A DNA stretch of 64,000 nt from the human T2T-CHM13v2.0 reference genome, Homo sapiens. The stretch lies in assembly GCF_009914755.1 (NCBI RefSeq), contig NC_060938.1. One strand, 5' to 3'. Positions 11,910 to 26,000 of the stretch are shown here, in pieces. Below the pieces are notes generated by a model. The model was not told the DNA's origin and made no database searches. It worked only from the letters and a program-made list of their open reading frames with translations. How positions within the stretch are numbered: the stretch's first letter is position 1; every line of letters begins with the position of its first letter. The position numbers and the translations under genes were made by a program.

Positions 11910-13511
11910 GGTGCGCTCCGAGCGTGGGAACCACTGTTCTGCTCTGGAATTCCCTAGAGGCCCCTTCCCTGGTGTGTTCCAAAAGCAGAATCTCAAGAAT
12001 GACAGGTGGGAACTCCCCCCCAAAACCCTTAGTTCTCCTGAGTCTCCCAAAACCCTCCTTGCGTGTCTCCCTTATCTCACCAGGGTGGAAAACAACCCCT
12101 GTTGGCTGCTCTAGCCCCTAGTTCTCTGCTTTAGATAATAGAGGCAGGTGTGACCTGCTCCCCACTCCCCGCACCCAAATGATGGGCTTTATTGAATTCT
12201 CCATCGGGTTTCTGACTTGGATTTCTGGGTCCTCGCGACAATTCTTTTGTCGCGAAACCCAGAAAAGATCCTGGGTTTCGTGGCAGATCAAGCTGGATTG
12301 GGGCCCTAGCACTGCCATGTATGAATTAGGTGATGTGGGACAGGCTACTTAAACTCTGCCTCAGTTTCCACAGTATAAAATAGAGCTGATAATAACACCT
12401 CTAGCCTTACCCATTTTTCTGGTGTTTGTCTATTCTCCAGTGCCTCTGCACAGCCTCCTCATCTCTCTCAGGACTCAGCAGTAGCCCCTACCTCGTCTCC
12501 CTGCCTCCTGTTCAACTCCCTCCAGCCCTTTTACCCATCTGCAGCTGCATCTTTTTAAATTCTCAAAAATTCAAGCTGATCGGTTCTGCTTTGAAGTTTT
12601 CAGGGACTCCCCATTGCCCACCACAGGGCTGATTCTCACTAATGTAGCCCAGGGGGTCTTTGTGACCCAGTCCCTGGTGACAGTTCTGCCTCCAGCCTCA
12701 AATCTGGCCCTTTGGGGTCTCAGCCACAGCAACACTGGGTGCCAGGGGTTCTTCCAGCACACATCAGCCTTTTCTCCCACTGTGGGGCAGGGCAGGGCAT
12801 GTCACATCACTATAGGGCAGGTTACAGCAAGACAGGTCACTGCAGTTCCCCAGGGCAGGTCATTTTGATTTTTCCATGTTTGCTGAGCCCAGCTCTGGAC
12901 TGGGAGCAGGGAACAAAGATGGATCTGCCTCAGTCCTGCCTATGTGGCTCCAGTCTGTAGGTCCCTCATCTCCCTGCCTCATCTGGCTCACTCCATCTTG
13001 TCCTTTGAGACTCAGGTCCCAGGTCACCGCCTCCAGGAAGCCTTGTATCTGTGCTTCTCTATGGCCTTGCCCCATGACAGGCAGTGAAATCTTTGCTTAG
13101 CTTTGGTCACTGCCATACCTATCTGGGATCTCCTCTCAGGCACAGGCCCTGTGCGGTATGATGCCAATGGTAGGATGGGCTCCCCTGCCAGCTCTGGGGA
13201 GATTGCATGTCTCACCTTCTCCTGCGTTAATTCTCTAAGATGAGGGTGAAAACTCCACCCACCCCACAATATTGTTGTGAATACCAGACGTGGCTGTTAT
13301 CAGTGCTTGGCTTATGTGACCTCACTTAATGGGTCATCCTGGGGCCCATTTTACAGATGAGAAAACTGAGATCCAGGGAGACAGAGTAACTCCCCCTGAG
13401 CTGGAATTCTAAGCCTAGATGTCTGACATCGGAGCTTGTGCCATGCCATTCTGCCTATCTCTACAGAGAGCAAAATGATGAGTAAAGCAGCTCTTAAGAG
13501 TACCCAGCCAT

Positions 13512-13914
<403 letters not shown>

Positions 13915-14550
13915 TCACTTAGTAAATATTCACTGTGTTCTCTGTTTTCACAAATGCCCTATGAGCCAGGCACAGTTCTTGACCTTCTGTAGTGAAACCT
14001 CATGACATGTGGTACAGTGCAGACAGTTCTGTTCTCTGTGCATTATCTCTGCCCCAGGTCACTGAGTGAGGAGCCATGGTGGAGACAGGTCTGCGTGACT
14101 CAGAAGAATACCCCTGCACTGGGCCAGCTGAGCCCTCCCCGGCCCTGACCCGCGGCCAGCATCCTTCATCAGTGGTGCCGACTGGAGCAGATGCATTGTA
14201 GCTTGCAGGCTGCGACTCTGTGGCTGTTGTGGCGTTGTGGCTATCTGGCTGGGCTTAGGAGCATCAATCATGGCAGTGGACGAGAATGGTTCTTAGCTAC
14301 AGCCCTCTGTGTCAGCCCCCTGCATGGCAGGAACCCAGGGGACATCGGAACCCCTGTGGATGACTCACAGACTCCGGGGTCTGGAAAATCCTAACCAGAT
14401 TGCCTCATAACACTGCTGGCTGCCCTAATGTTCAATGTGCCGTTTAAAAAAACAAAGCATCTCAACAAACCAAACAAGCGAGCTGCAGCCATGGCTTTGC
14501 TCTGGAGGCTGGGCAGGGGGAGGGACAGAGGGTTCTCAGGTGTTACTCAC

Positions 14551-14620
14551 AGTCTGCGGTGGGCTCAGGCTGTTTCTGCTGGCTTGGTCCTGCTGTCCTG
14601 GACCCTAGCATGTGTACAGT
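14551..14620 (-). other. SERPINA6: SERPINA6 non-coding exon 1
   Basis: Minus strand ACTGTACACATGCTAGGGTCCAGGACAGC...CCCACCGCAGACT then donor GTGAGT (14550); splices onto exon 2 GGCCTGGCTATACTGGACAATG, matching my recollection of the CBG mRNA 5' UTR; TSS approximate. Confidence 0.9.
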
Positions 14621-14639
14621 AAGCCTGCGGTGGATGCTG

Positions 14640-14790
14640 CCTGTTAAATTTTGTTTGCCAGCTTCCTGGGTGGTTAATGGTTAGAGGGGCCAGTGGCCTT
14701 CACCGCTTGGTAGTCCTCTCCCCCGAGTCATTAACCAATGGGAGGCTTTGTCAGGAGAGCTGAGTAAACACAGAAATGCTGCAAATTAAC
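14640..14790 (-). promoter_or_regulatory. SERPINA6: SERPINA6 hepatocyte promoter
   Basis: TATA-like AAATTTAA about 28 nt upstream of the TSS next to FOXA site TGTTTGC (14652-14658); HNF1-like GGTTAATGGTTA (14672-14683) and GGTTAATGACT (minus, 14726-14736); CCAAT 14735-14739; FOX site GTAAACA 14764-14770. Confidence 0.8.
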
Positions 14791-16481
14791 TTTGCTCTGC
14801 GTTCAATTCTATGAAGTCTTTTTTTAATACCAAAATGTGGCTGGAGTTGCATCAATGTGGTTGCCCTGTGTCAGTTGGCAGAGATGTCTTAGGTGCCCTT
14901 AATTAGCACCAAGGTGCAGATACTTGTAAAAAGAAAAATAGGTGTTTAGCTCCAATTGGGGATGACTTGGGCAAGGTCCTGCCTTCCAGTGGTCTTAGTC
15001 TGGTGGGAGAGACAGACATGGAATAATATCTGCCAAGCGCTTCCTCTGGATTATCTCACGAAATCTTCACAATGACTCTGTGAAGTGGGTACCATTGTCA
15101 CTCCTCTTTAGATAGGAAACTGAGCTGCATGGAAGTTAAGTTAAACGCCCTTGAGATTCAAATCCAAGGCCATTCAATTCTAAAGTCTAGCACCTTCCCC
15201 TTTCCCCACATTTTATTTTTCATCAGTTTTCTTTGGATTACAGGTGACAGACATCAAATTTGAACTGCTTTAAAGCAAAAAGGAATGAACGAGAGGTCCA
15301 AGGGTGGAAAGGACTTCAGGCATGGATCTACGGAGTTCTAAATCAGGCATCAGATCTCTCCTTCTCTCTCTCTCTCTGTCTTTTTTTTTTTTTTATTCCT
15401 TCCTAGCTCTGCTTTCTTCTACTTTATTCTGTCTGCATTGGGGACAAATGTGGCCACAGTAGCTCTGGGTTATTTAGTTCTAACTGGTTAGTTGATATCA
15501 GAAGGAGAGAAATTCTCATTTTTCTCAATGTTCATAACAGTTCCCCCCAAAAGTCTATGGCGTGGTTGCCCCCCTTAGGACTGATTGATCACAGTGTGGA
15601 GAAGGATGAGGCATTGTGAATGCCTCGCTAGGGTTCTTTGCTCTCTGTTGGGTTGACAGCATCATTGCTTCCATCCAGAGATGAGGGAATCTCTTCCCAG
15701 GGGAAAAGAGGAGAGTAGAGCCTACAAATGGGTCTGCAGTTTTGGAGACACCTTAGTTTTGTAGATGTTTATTGGTCTTTTCAAGTTTCCTATCCTATAA
15801 GGCAAGTTTGAACTTTATATCTAGGAATTTATCTATTTCATCTAGATTTTCAAATTAAATACTACAGTTATTCATTAGGCCTCTCCATTATTATTTTTAC
15901 ATTATTATTTTATATCAGTAATTCTTTTTTCTTTTTTTGTTCTGTATTTTGTTTATGTCTTTTCTCCCTTTGATAAGTCCTGTTACAGAGATCTATATAG
16001 CTAATTAATCTTTCCAAAGATCCACCTTTTAGTTTTGTTACTGGTTTTTTAAAAAATTGATATTTCATTGATTTCTGTTTATATCTTTATTTTTTAATCA
16101 CCCCTTTAAATTCTCTGGGTTTTGGTCTGTTGTGCTTTTTTCTATTTTCTTGAGATAAATGCTTAGCTTTCTTACATTTTAATATTTCCAGTCTCCACAT
16201 AAATGTATTTAAGGTTACAAGTTTTCATCTAAATACTGAGTGAGCTATGTCCCACGCATTTTTGATAATTACTATTTTCATTGTAATTTTTTTCTAAGTA
16301 TTTTAAAATTTCTTTTCTGGTTTCCTTTAAAACCAGAGTGTAGTTTAGTAATATGTCACTGAGTTTATTTAGAATTTTAGGCTATTCTCTTGTTATTCAC
16401 TTCCAATTTTATTTCACTATGGTCAAAGAATATTGTCCATTATGATATTGAACATTTGGAATGTTTTGAGGTTTGTAATAA

Positions 16482-16795
<314 letters not shown>

Positions 16796-17159
16796 CATAT
16801 ATGGCCTATTTTAATAAACATTTCATGTTTTCTTTAAAAAATAATGGATATCTGTTTGATATGTATATATACACATTCATATATGTATATATGTAATAAC
16901 TTGAGCTTATTTTATTTAAATCTTCATATTTATGTTGATTATTTATTTAAGCTTTCAGTTTCTCATTGGGGAATGTTAAAATCACCAATAGCAATTGTTC
17001 ACTTACTTCTCTTGGTCAGTTGTTGCTTGACTTACTTCAAGACTGTATATTAAAGCACATATACTTTCGATAATTATGTCCTCTTGTATTTGTTTTTCTT
17101 GTATCTTTTTTTTGTATAGCATACTTTTGTCCTAAATTTAATTTTATACAGTGTTATGA

Positions 17160-17536
<377 letters not shown>

Positions 17537-17879
17537 TGTGCCTTCTTTTTTTAAGAGCGTCTCATGTACAAAACATCTTTTTAGATTTAGCTTTTTATCC
17601 CCAAAGGAGGGTCTTTGTCTGTTAATTGGCAAAATTAACCTTTTTACATTTATTTTAATTGTCTTAGGATTGACATATTATCTTATTTTATATTTCCCAT
17701 TTGCTATATCTTATTTTTGTTTTTTTTTTTGTGAATTTTACTGACTTACATTGAAAAGATTGAGTTTTATTCCATTGAGTTAAAATATATTCATTATATT
17801 TTTGATCTTATGATGGTTTCTCTTTACTAAAAACACTAAAACCAAGTTTAGTTTAGTTTGATAAACTAATACTTTGCTA

Positions 17880-19820
17880 AAAACACTAAACCCAAGTTCC
17901 TAGCCATCATCAAATAGAGACAAGCCATCCCCACTGTATCTTTTCTGAATTCCTGTCCCAAGAACCCAAAAGCATAAAAAATGATTGTCTCAAGCTGGTA
18001 AATTTTTGGATAATTTATGAGGCAGCCATAGTACCTAGAACACATTTTGGCACCTGGAAGTGGAAAGCTGCATATGAAAGCCAAACATGTGGCAATGACT
18101 TTGGGATCAAATCAGAGTCGGAAAGTCCTTATAAAGATTGTGAGTGGAAACGTGATGACCCACAAGGAGGCCGTTGATTAGGGCTTAAAGGAAAGTGAGA
18201 AACAGGCTATAGCTAGAGGAAAGAGAATCCTTGACATGTAGTGGTAGAAAGTTTAGCAACATTGTCACCTGTGATAACATGAAAATTGAATATATAGCAA
18301 ATGAAGTGGTGGTATAGCTGGTGATATTTCTCTGAAGCTAAGAAGGTCTCTGAAGTTATTGTCTGACTTCTCGATACTTATAGTAAAATGTGAGAGGATA
18401 TAGATAAGCTTAACATTTTTGTTAAATATAAAAGAGCCAGCGCTTATTGGGTTAAAAATAATATAATTTCTCCTTCTTAGTCTTTCCAGGATTACCCAAT
18501 TAAGAAAGAATTTCAAAACAAACATATATCTAGGGTGTAACTGTAAAAGCCTTTATAAATACCTCAGAAAGTTCTAAGGTGTTGCCTTAGCAGACCATTG
18601 GATCAGATATAAGGCCCTCTAACGCTATTTTACGGTCAATGTTCCATACGAGGTTTGTAGATAGCCAAAGATATAGAAAAGCTTATCTTGAAAAGATTGG
18701 TGGTTGTGGCCTTTATTATAGTGGAGTGGATTATAAATTAATTCATATAAAATTCACAATTAAGAAATTAGCTTTGTCTGAAAGGGGCAAGACAGTGCAA
18801 AATGATGAAAGGCCTTTGAACTTTCAACCTTCTACAGGCAGGAAACAGGATACAGAGGCTGAGCCTCAAACATGAGGTATTTTTATGGAAAAGGAAGCGT
18901 GACCCAGGCAGAATCAAGATCTCAAAAGACACAGCAAGGGGCCATGGTGAATTATCCCCAGGAGCAGATTGAGAGTGCCAATTGTTTTAAATTATGTGTG
19001 TCTCACAATTTTATGTTGTGTGTGGAGAAGTGGGAGGAGAGAACTTGTCTCTTCCCTTCGCATCTTCTTCTCTCAATCTTCTCTCTTCTCTCTTCAATCT
19101 TCAATCTTCTCTCAATCTTCTTCAGATTGAGAGAAACTACACACTTCAGGAAGGACGTTTAAGGACGCTCCTCTGTACCGTGACTGATTTAAGTGAGGGT
19201 ATCTGGATTTCAAGGAGGTGTTGCAGTTGGATGAGACTTTGGGAGTCATAGGGGAGGTGGGTGTATTTTTCATGTGTGAGGGAAAATGAATTGTTGAGGC
19301 CATAGGGTAGACTGCAGTGTTTTTTCTCCGACATGGCTGCCGTCCTTCCTTCTTTCCCTCTGTGAGTATGCTGCACCATCATCAAGAGATAGAGTCTATT
19401 TCTCCCTTCTTGTGAATCTTGGCTTGTTTTACTGGCTTTCTTGACTAATAGAACGTAGAAGTGATGTGCTGGAATTTTCAAGGCTAGTTCATAAGTAATC
19501 TCCCAGCTTCTGTCTTGGGCTCTTGGAGCCCTGAGTCACCTTGTACGATGTACAAGCACTCTGCTAGAGAGACTATGTGGAAAAACCCTGAGACAGTATG
19601 TGGAGAGATAAAGAACCAGCTAAGTCCTGCCTCCTAGCTATCCCCACCATTGTGCCACACATGAGTGCAGCTGTCTTGGATCAGTCCAGCCCAGCCCAGC
19701 CACCTAGTGAATACTTCTGAGTGATCCCAGTTGATGCTGTGTGGAGCAGAAAAAATCACTCAGGCATGCCCTGCCTGAATTCCTAACCTGAAAACTGTGA
19801 GTAATAATGGAATTGTTGTT
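17880..19820 (+). mobile_element. MaLR (MLT1) LTR and internal fragments
   Basis: MLT1-like phrases (gcagccatag, gagtctatttctccct, cctgaattcctaacc...ctgtgagtaataa); boundaries approximate. Confidence 0.55.
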
Positions 19821-19824
19821 CTTT

Positions 19825-19959
19825 TCTTTGCTTTTCTTTGTGGAGATGGCGTCTCACTATGTTGCCCAGGCAGGTCTTGAACTACTGGCCTCAAGTGATC
19901 CTCACGTGTTGGCCTCCCAAAGTGCTGAGATTTATAGGTGTGCGCCACCTTGCCCAGCC
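19825..19959 (-). mobile_element. Alu monomer (FLAM-like)
   Basis: gtctcactatgttgcccaggc...gccaccttgcccagcc. Confidence 0.8.
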
Positions 19960-21884
19960 AAGATTGTTCTTTTAATCCATTAAATTTTGGAAGAGTTATT
20001 ACATAGCAGCAGATAATTAAAAAGAAATTGCTGTGTCATATATTTAGCTTTAGTAGAGACTGTCAGACAATTTTCCAAAGTAATTGAACCAATTTGTATT
20101 TCCAAACAATGGTGTATGAGAGGCACAATTGCTCCACATCCTTGCAAATCGTTGGTGTTGTCCATCTTTTTCATTTTATCCATTCTGGTGGGTGTGTAAT
20201 GGTTTCACATAATAGTTTTATACCTCATTTCTCTGATGACTAATGAAACTGATTACCTTTTAAGTTTTTTACCATTTGGATATCATCTGTTGAGAAGTAA
20301 CTGTTTAAGTTAGATTGAAGAGAAGTGCCTGTTTCTGTCATATTGTCTTTTTCTTGTCAATTGGTAAGTTCAACAATCATTTGCCAGATCAATAAATTGC
20401 AATATAAGTTTGTGACTTATCTTTTCACTCTCTTAATGGAATCTTTTGATAAACATGGTTCATTATTTTAATGAGGTCCAAATCATCTGTTTATTCTTTT
20501 ACAGTTAATGCTGCTTATGTTCTGTTTGATAAATCTTTGCTGACCCAAATGTGATGAAACTTTCTCTTATGTTTTCTTTGAAAAGCTTTATTGCTTTATT
20601 TTTCACTTTTAGGTTCGTTATACATCTGGATTTGATTTTTGTGTATGGTGTGAGGTAGAGGTCAAATTTATCTTATTTCATATATATGACACCATTTAGT
20701 GATGGTGAGGATTGTGTTGCTTAAAAATGACATGTAATAAAAGACAAAATGTGTTACCTCTCAGAGGATACTAAAGAGACATGAGATCAGTAATGGTGTG
20801 ATTTCAGAAAAGGAGGTGGTCACTCTTGGACAGCATTGGCAAGAAGCTCCTCCCAGGAAATGGGTGATCTTCTGAAAGTTCTCGATGACTTACTAAATGC
20901 AGAGCTTGGATCCTTAATCAGAGAAAACATGTGCTATGTATTAAGGACCTTATTGGGACAATTGAAGTTGGAATATAGATGGTATGTTAGATAAAGGTAT
21001 CAGTGCTAAATTTCCTCAGGTTGATAGGTTTACTGAAAAGTAATATCTCAAAATCTTAGAAAATATACACTGAAGTATTTAGGGGTACAGAGGTATTATG
21101 TATACAATTTATTCTCAAAATATTCTGAAAAAAATTGTACATGCACATACATGCATGCATACATATGCGTGTGTGTATGTCTCGGGGAGAGAAATTATGT
21201 GTGTGTTTTTTGTATTATTTTTATTCTTGCAGCTTTTCTGTAGGTTAGGAATTACTTCCAAATACAAAGTTGGAAAAAGAGAAAAAGCTAGGCTCTGGCT
21301 CATGCTCCACCACTGTCAGCAGGTGGCCTTGTGACCTTCCTCTCTGGGGCATGCTCTCACCTCTGGTGGAGCTACAGATATTCCGTGCTTCATGGGGTTG
21401 TTGTGAGGATTGGGTGATGCTTGAGCCTAGCACAGTTGCAAGCACATGTTAAGGCATGAGAATCACTGCTAAGATTGTTATTTTATCTCTTCAGTGACTG
21501 GTGCCCACCAAGTACTGGATTCTGCTTGGGAAACGCCAGCCAAGACCTTTTCTTTCATCATCAACCTCTTAGCCCTTTAATAAAGAAGAATCATTTTTTA
21601 AAATAAAAGAACACTTTTTATAAGCAACTTTGAGCTGTTTCTCACATGTTCCCTGAACCACTGGTCTGTGCCCACCAGGCCCTGGCTAGTGACTTCAGGT
21701 GAGTGAGACCTGCTTCCTGCTGACCAGGAGGCTGGGTTGTTCTCTTAAAGGCAGGGCTGCACCTGCCCCAGACATCCTTGCCTGGTTCCCAGGTCAAATG
21801 CTGCTGCATCTGGGTCTCATTTGAGAATGACTTGCTGGTCTCTCAGGGGTCACCCCCAGTACTGGAGGGAGCATCTTGCTGAAG

Positions 21885-22115
21885 CCCTCCATGAAGGGCC
21901 ACCCCTCTGCAATCGCACCATCTGTAAATGGTCACCCCTCTGAAATCACACCATCCATGAACGGCCATGCCTCTGAACTCAAACCATCCAGGAATGGCTG
22001 CTCCTCTGAAATCACACCATCTGTGAATGGCCACCCCTCTGAAATCACACAACCCGTGAATGGCCACCCCTCTGAAATCACACTGACCATGAATGGCTAC
22101 CTCTCCAAAATTACA
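21885..22115. repeat. 33-bp minisatellite, about 7 diverged copies
   Basis: Unit consensus CCATCTGTGAATGGCCACCCCTCTGAAATCACA. Confidence 0.92.
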
Positions 22116-22136
22116 GCTGTGCTGCTCTGGGTTCAA

Positions 22137-22246
22137 CTTGCCCAATTCTGCTGAGCACAGAAGCTGAGCCAGGAGGGTTGCTCAGGGCATCTTGCCCAAT
22201 TCTGCTGAGCACAGAAGCTGAGCCAGGAGGGTTGCTCAGGACATCT
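22137..22246. repeat. 54-bp tandem duplication (2 near-identical copies)
   Basis: cttgcccaattctgctgagcacagaagctgagccaggagggttgctcagg starts at 22137 and again at 22191. Confidence 0.95.
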
Positions 22247-23759
22247 GAACTTCCCAAGCCCTCTCTAGGATCGTGTCTGTAGGAGGGAAGGGCCCAGGCC
22301 TTGCTTGGCAAGGGACAGGCCATGTGAAGCCAGAGACTACGGTGACCACAACCTCTAGAATGAGTCTTGGCTGGACTTTCCAAGCCCCACCTGGCTGTTT
22401 ATCTGAGGAATCATGAGCTGTATTGGCAAACAGGGATGCCACCCAGTACTAGTGGCCAGTGTGGGGGTGGCAGGGTAGGCTGTGGGTGCTCCAAGGGCCT
22501 CTGAGTCCTCTCCCAAATCATGGACTTCTGAGCTGGACCTGGCTGTCGCTGGACCTGGAGCCTGGCTTTTGGTTGTGGTGGCCCAAGGGAACTGCCTGGA
22601 TCCCTCTCCTGCCAATCTGCACTTCAGGGGCCACCTGTACTATCCACAGCCTTTGAGCCATTCGTGGACCAAGCAGGACCCCAAACCCCTCTTGGCCTCA
22701 TCCTCTCAGACAGGCAGGAACATAGCCTAGATGTGCCATTCATTTGGCCTTAGTTCCTTTGGGCTACATGTTCACTGATGAGTTGCCTACATTGTCTGGA
22801 TCCCCATTCTGCTCCTCTTCTCCTCCCCACCTGCCAGCCCCTGCCCTACTCTGGTCTCCCCGCAGCATGTAAGCACTGAGCCCAGTGCCCGGAGTCTGGT
22901 GCAGGGAGTAGCTGGCATTTTATTGAACCCTCACTGGGTGCCAGCTCTTGGAGTGTGGTGTAGACTGATCTACTCGATCCTCAAAGGAACCCTGTGGGTT
23001 ACGATTGGGATCACCCAGGGTAGTTTAGCTAGCGAGAACATGGGCTCTGGGTTAAAATCCAGACATCTAAGCATAGGCTCTGGTTCAAATCCAGGTGTCT
23101 CAGTTAACTGTGACATGGCTCAGCTGCATCATCTGAGGGGTGCAAATTCTGGCGCCCAGGTCTCTTCAGGCTGTTGTGCAGATTTGGTGGGGTCATATGT
23201 GGCAAGAGCTCAGAGCTGCGCCTGCCATATAGTAGGTGCTATATGCATGCTAGAGATTATTGCTGTTTCCACGTGGCAGGTGGGGAAACTGTGGCAGAAA
23301 GGGGTAGAAGACTGGCCTAAGTCACACTGCCAAGTACAGGAGTCAGAATCTGAACCCAGGCATCCTAGCTAAAGTCCGTGCTCTTACCATGGAGCTCTTC
23401 TGCCTCTGTCTTTGTTCAGCCCTTCCCTGCCTAGTCCCACATCTGGCCAGTGGTTACGGCATTCCAGGGTTGATCCTGAGGAATTCTTTAGGGCAGACGC
23501 TGGGGCCCAGGGGCTAGATCAGGGTGTTGAGTTGGGGTGTGGAGTGGTGATGTGAATGCTCCTCATTGGTCCAGGTGTGGCCCACGAGTTTAGTAGCCTT
23601 AAAAAGCCCCAGAAACGTGGGGTAGGGCGGGCAAGCTCTGCAGACACCATCTCCCTCAGGAGAAGCTGGGCCAAGTCCCCACTCTGCCTGCCTGCCGCTC
23701 TCTCACCAACTTGCTCTGTGACCTTGGACAAGTTGCTTGACTTCTCTGAGGCTCAGCTT

Positions 23760-26000
23760 CTTTTTTTAAAAAAATTATTTTTAATTGACAAATTATAATT
23801 GTGTATTTTGGTGGGGTGCTATGTGATGTTATGGTGCATGTACACAGTGTGGAATGAATAAATCAAGTGAATTAACATATCCTTCACTTCACATGCTTAT
23901 TTTTTGTGGAGAGAACATTTGAAATTTGCTCTTTTAGCAATTTTGAAATATACAGTACATTATTAACTATAGTCACCTTGTTGTGCAGTAGATCTGAAAA
24001 ACTTATTCCTCCTGTCTAACTGATACTTTGTACCCTTTGACAAACACCTCCCCATCTCCTCCACTTGCCTGCCTCTTGTAGCTATCATTCTACTCTCTTT
24101 TTCCATGAGTTCAATTGTTATAGAGTCCACATGTAAGTGAGATCCTGAAGTATTTGTCTTTCTGACTGAGTCTGGCTTATTTCACTTAGCATAATGTTCA
24201 TCCATGTTGTCCCAAATAATAGAATTTTCTTTCTTTTAAAGGCTGAATATTATTCCATTGTGTTTGTTTGTGTATGTGTATAGAAATGCTACTGATTTTT
24301 GTATGTTGATTTAATATTCTGCAATTTTACCAAATTTGTTTATTACTTCTTATAGTTTTTTGGTGGAGTCTAGGCTTTTTTACATATAAGATCATGCCAT
24401 CAGCAAACAGAGAGAACACACACACACACACACACACCAGATTTTCTTTATTCATTTGTTAATGGATGATTAGATTGATTCTGTATCTTGGCTATTGTGA
24501 ACAATGCTGCAATGAACATGAAAGGGAAGGTATCTCTTTGACATATTGATTTCATTTCCTTTGGATAGATACCCAGAAGTGGGATTGCTGGATCATATGG
24601 TTGTTCTGTTTTTATTTTTTTGAGGAAACTCCACACTGTTTTCTATAGTGGCTGTACTAATTTACAATCCTACCAACAGTGTACAAAGATTTCCTTTTCC
24701 CACATCCTCACCAATGCTTATCTTTTGGCTTTTTGATGATAGCCATTTTGACAGGTGGGAGGTGATATCTTATTGTGATTTTAATTAGCATTTCACTAAT
24801 CATTAGTAATGTTGAACATTTATTCACATATCTGTTGGCCATTTTTATGTCTTGTGAGAAATGCCTATTCAGATCCTTTGTCCATTTTTAAAAATCAAAG
24901 TTTTTTTTTTGCTATTAAGTTACTTATATAATGTGGATATTAACCCCTTATCAGATGCATGGCTTCTAAATATTTTCTTCCAATCTGTAGTCTGTCTCTT
25001 CGCTCTGTTAATTGTTTCCTTTGCTGTACAGAAGATTTTTAATTTGATGCAATCTCATTAGTCTATTTTTGCTTTTGTAGCTTGCGCTTTCAGGGTCAAA
25101 TCCAAAAATTTGTTGCCCAGACCAATGTCATGTAGTTTTCACTTAATTTTTTTCTAGTAGTTTTGCAGTTTCAGGTCTTATATTTAAGTCTTGAATCTAT
25201 TTTGAATTTTTTTTTGTATGGTGTGAAATAAAGGTCCAATTTCATTCTTCTGCACGTGGATATTCAGTTTCCCCAGCACTATTTGTTGAAGAAACTGTTC
25301 TTTGCCTGGTGTGTGCTCTTGATACTTTTGTTGAAATCAATTGACCATAATCACATGGGTTAGTTACTGGCCTCTATGCTTTTCCATTGGTTTATGAGTC
25401 TGTTTCTATTAGCCAATACTGCTGTTTTGATTACTATAGCTTTGTAATATATTTTCAATCAAGAGGATAATACCTCCAGCTTTGTTCTTTTTGCTCAATT
25501 GCCTTGGCTATTCAAGATCTTTTGTGGTTCCATATGAATTTTAGGGTTGTTTTTTCTATTTCTGTGAAAAATGCTGGAACTTTGATAGGGATCGCATTGA
25601 CTCTGTAGATTGCTTTGAGTAGTGTGGCCATTTTAACAATATTATTTCTTTCAATCCATGAACACAGGTTACCTTTCCGTTTATTTGTCCCCTCTTCAAT
25701 TTCTTTCATTAATGTTTTATAGTTTTCAACGTACAGGTCTTTCACCTCCTTGGTTAAATGTATTCCTGAGCATTTTATTTTTTTGTAACTATTGTCAATG
25801 CCATTGTTTTCTTGATTTCTTTTTTTGATAATTTGTTGTTAGTGTATAAAAATGCTACTGATTTTTGTATGTTGATTTTATATTCTGCAATTTTCTCAAA
25901 TTTGTTCATTAGTTCTAACAGCTTTTTGGTGGAGTCCAGGCTTTTCTATATGTAAGAGCATGCTGTCAGCAAACAGAGACGATTTAGCTTCTTCCTTTTT
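23760..26000 (-). mobile_element. 5'-truncated L1 (L1MA-like), antisense
   Basis: ORF2 C-terminal remnants ([17 protein letters not shown]...IPIK...[18 protein letters not shown]; [15 protein letters not shown]) and 3' UTR. Confidence 0.9.
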
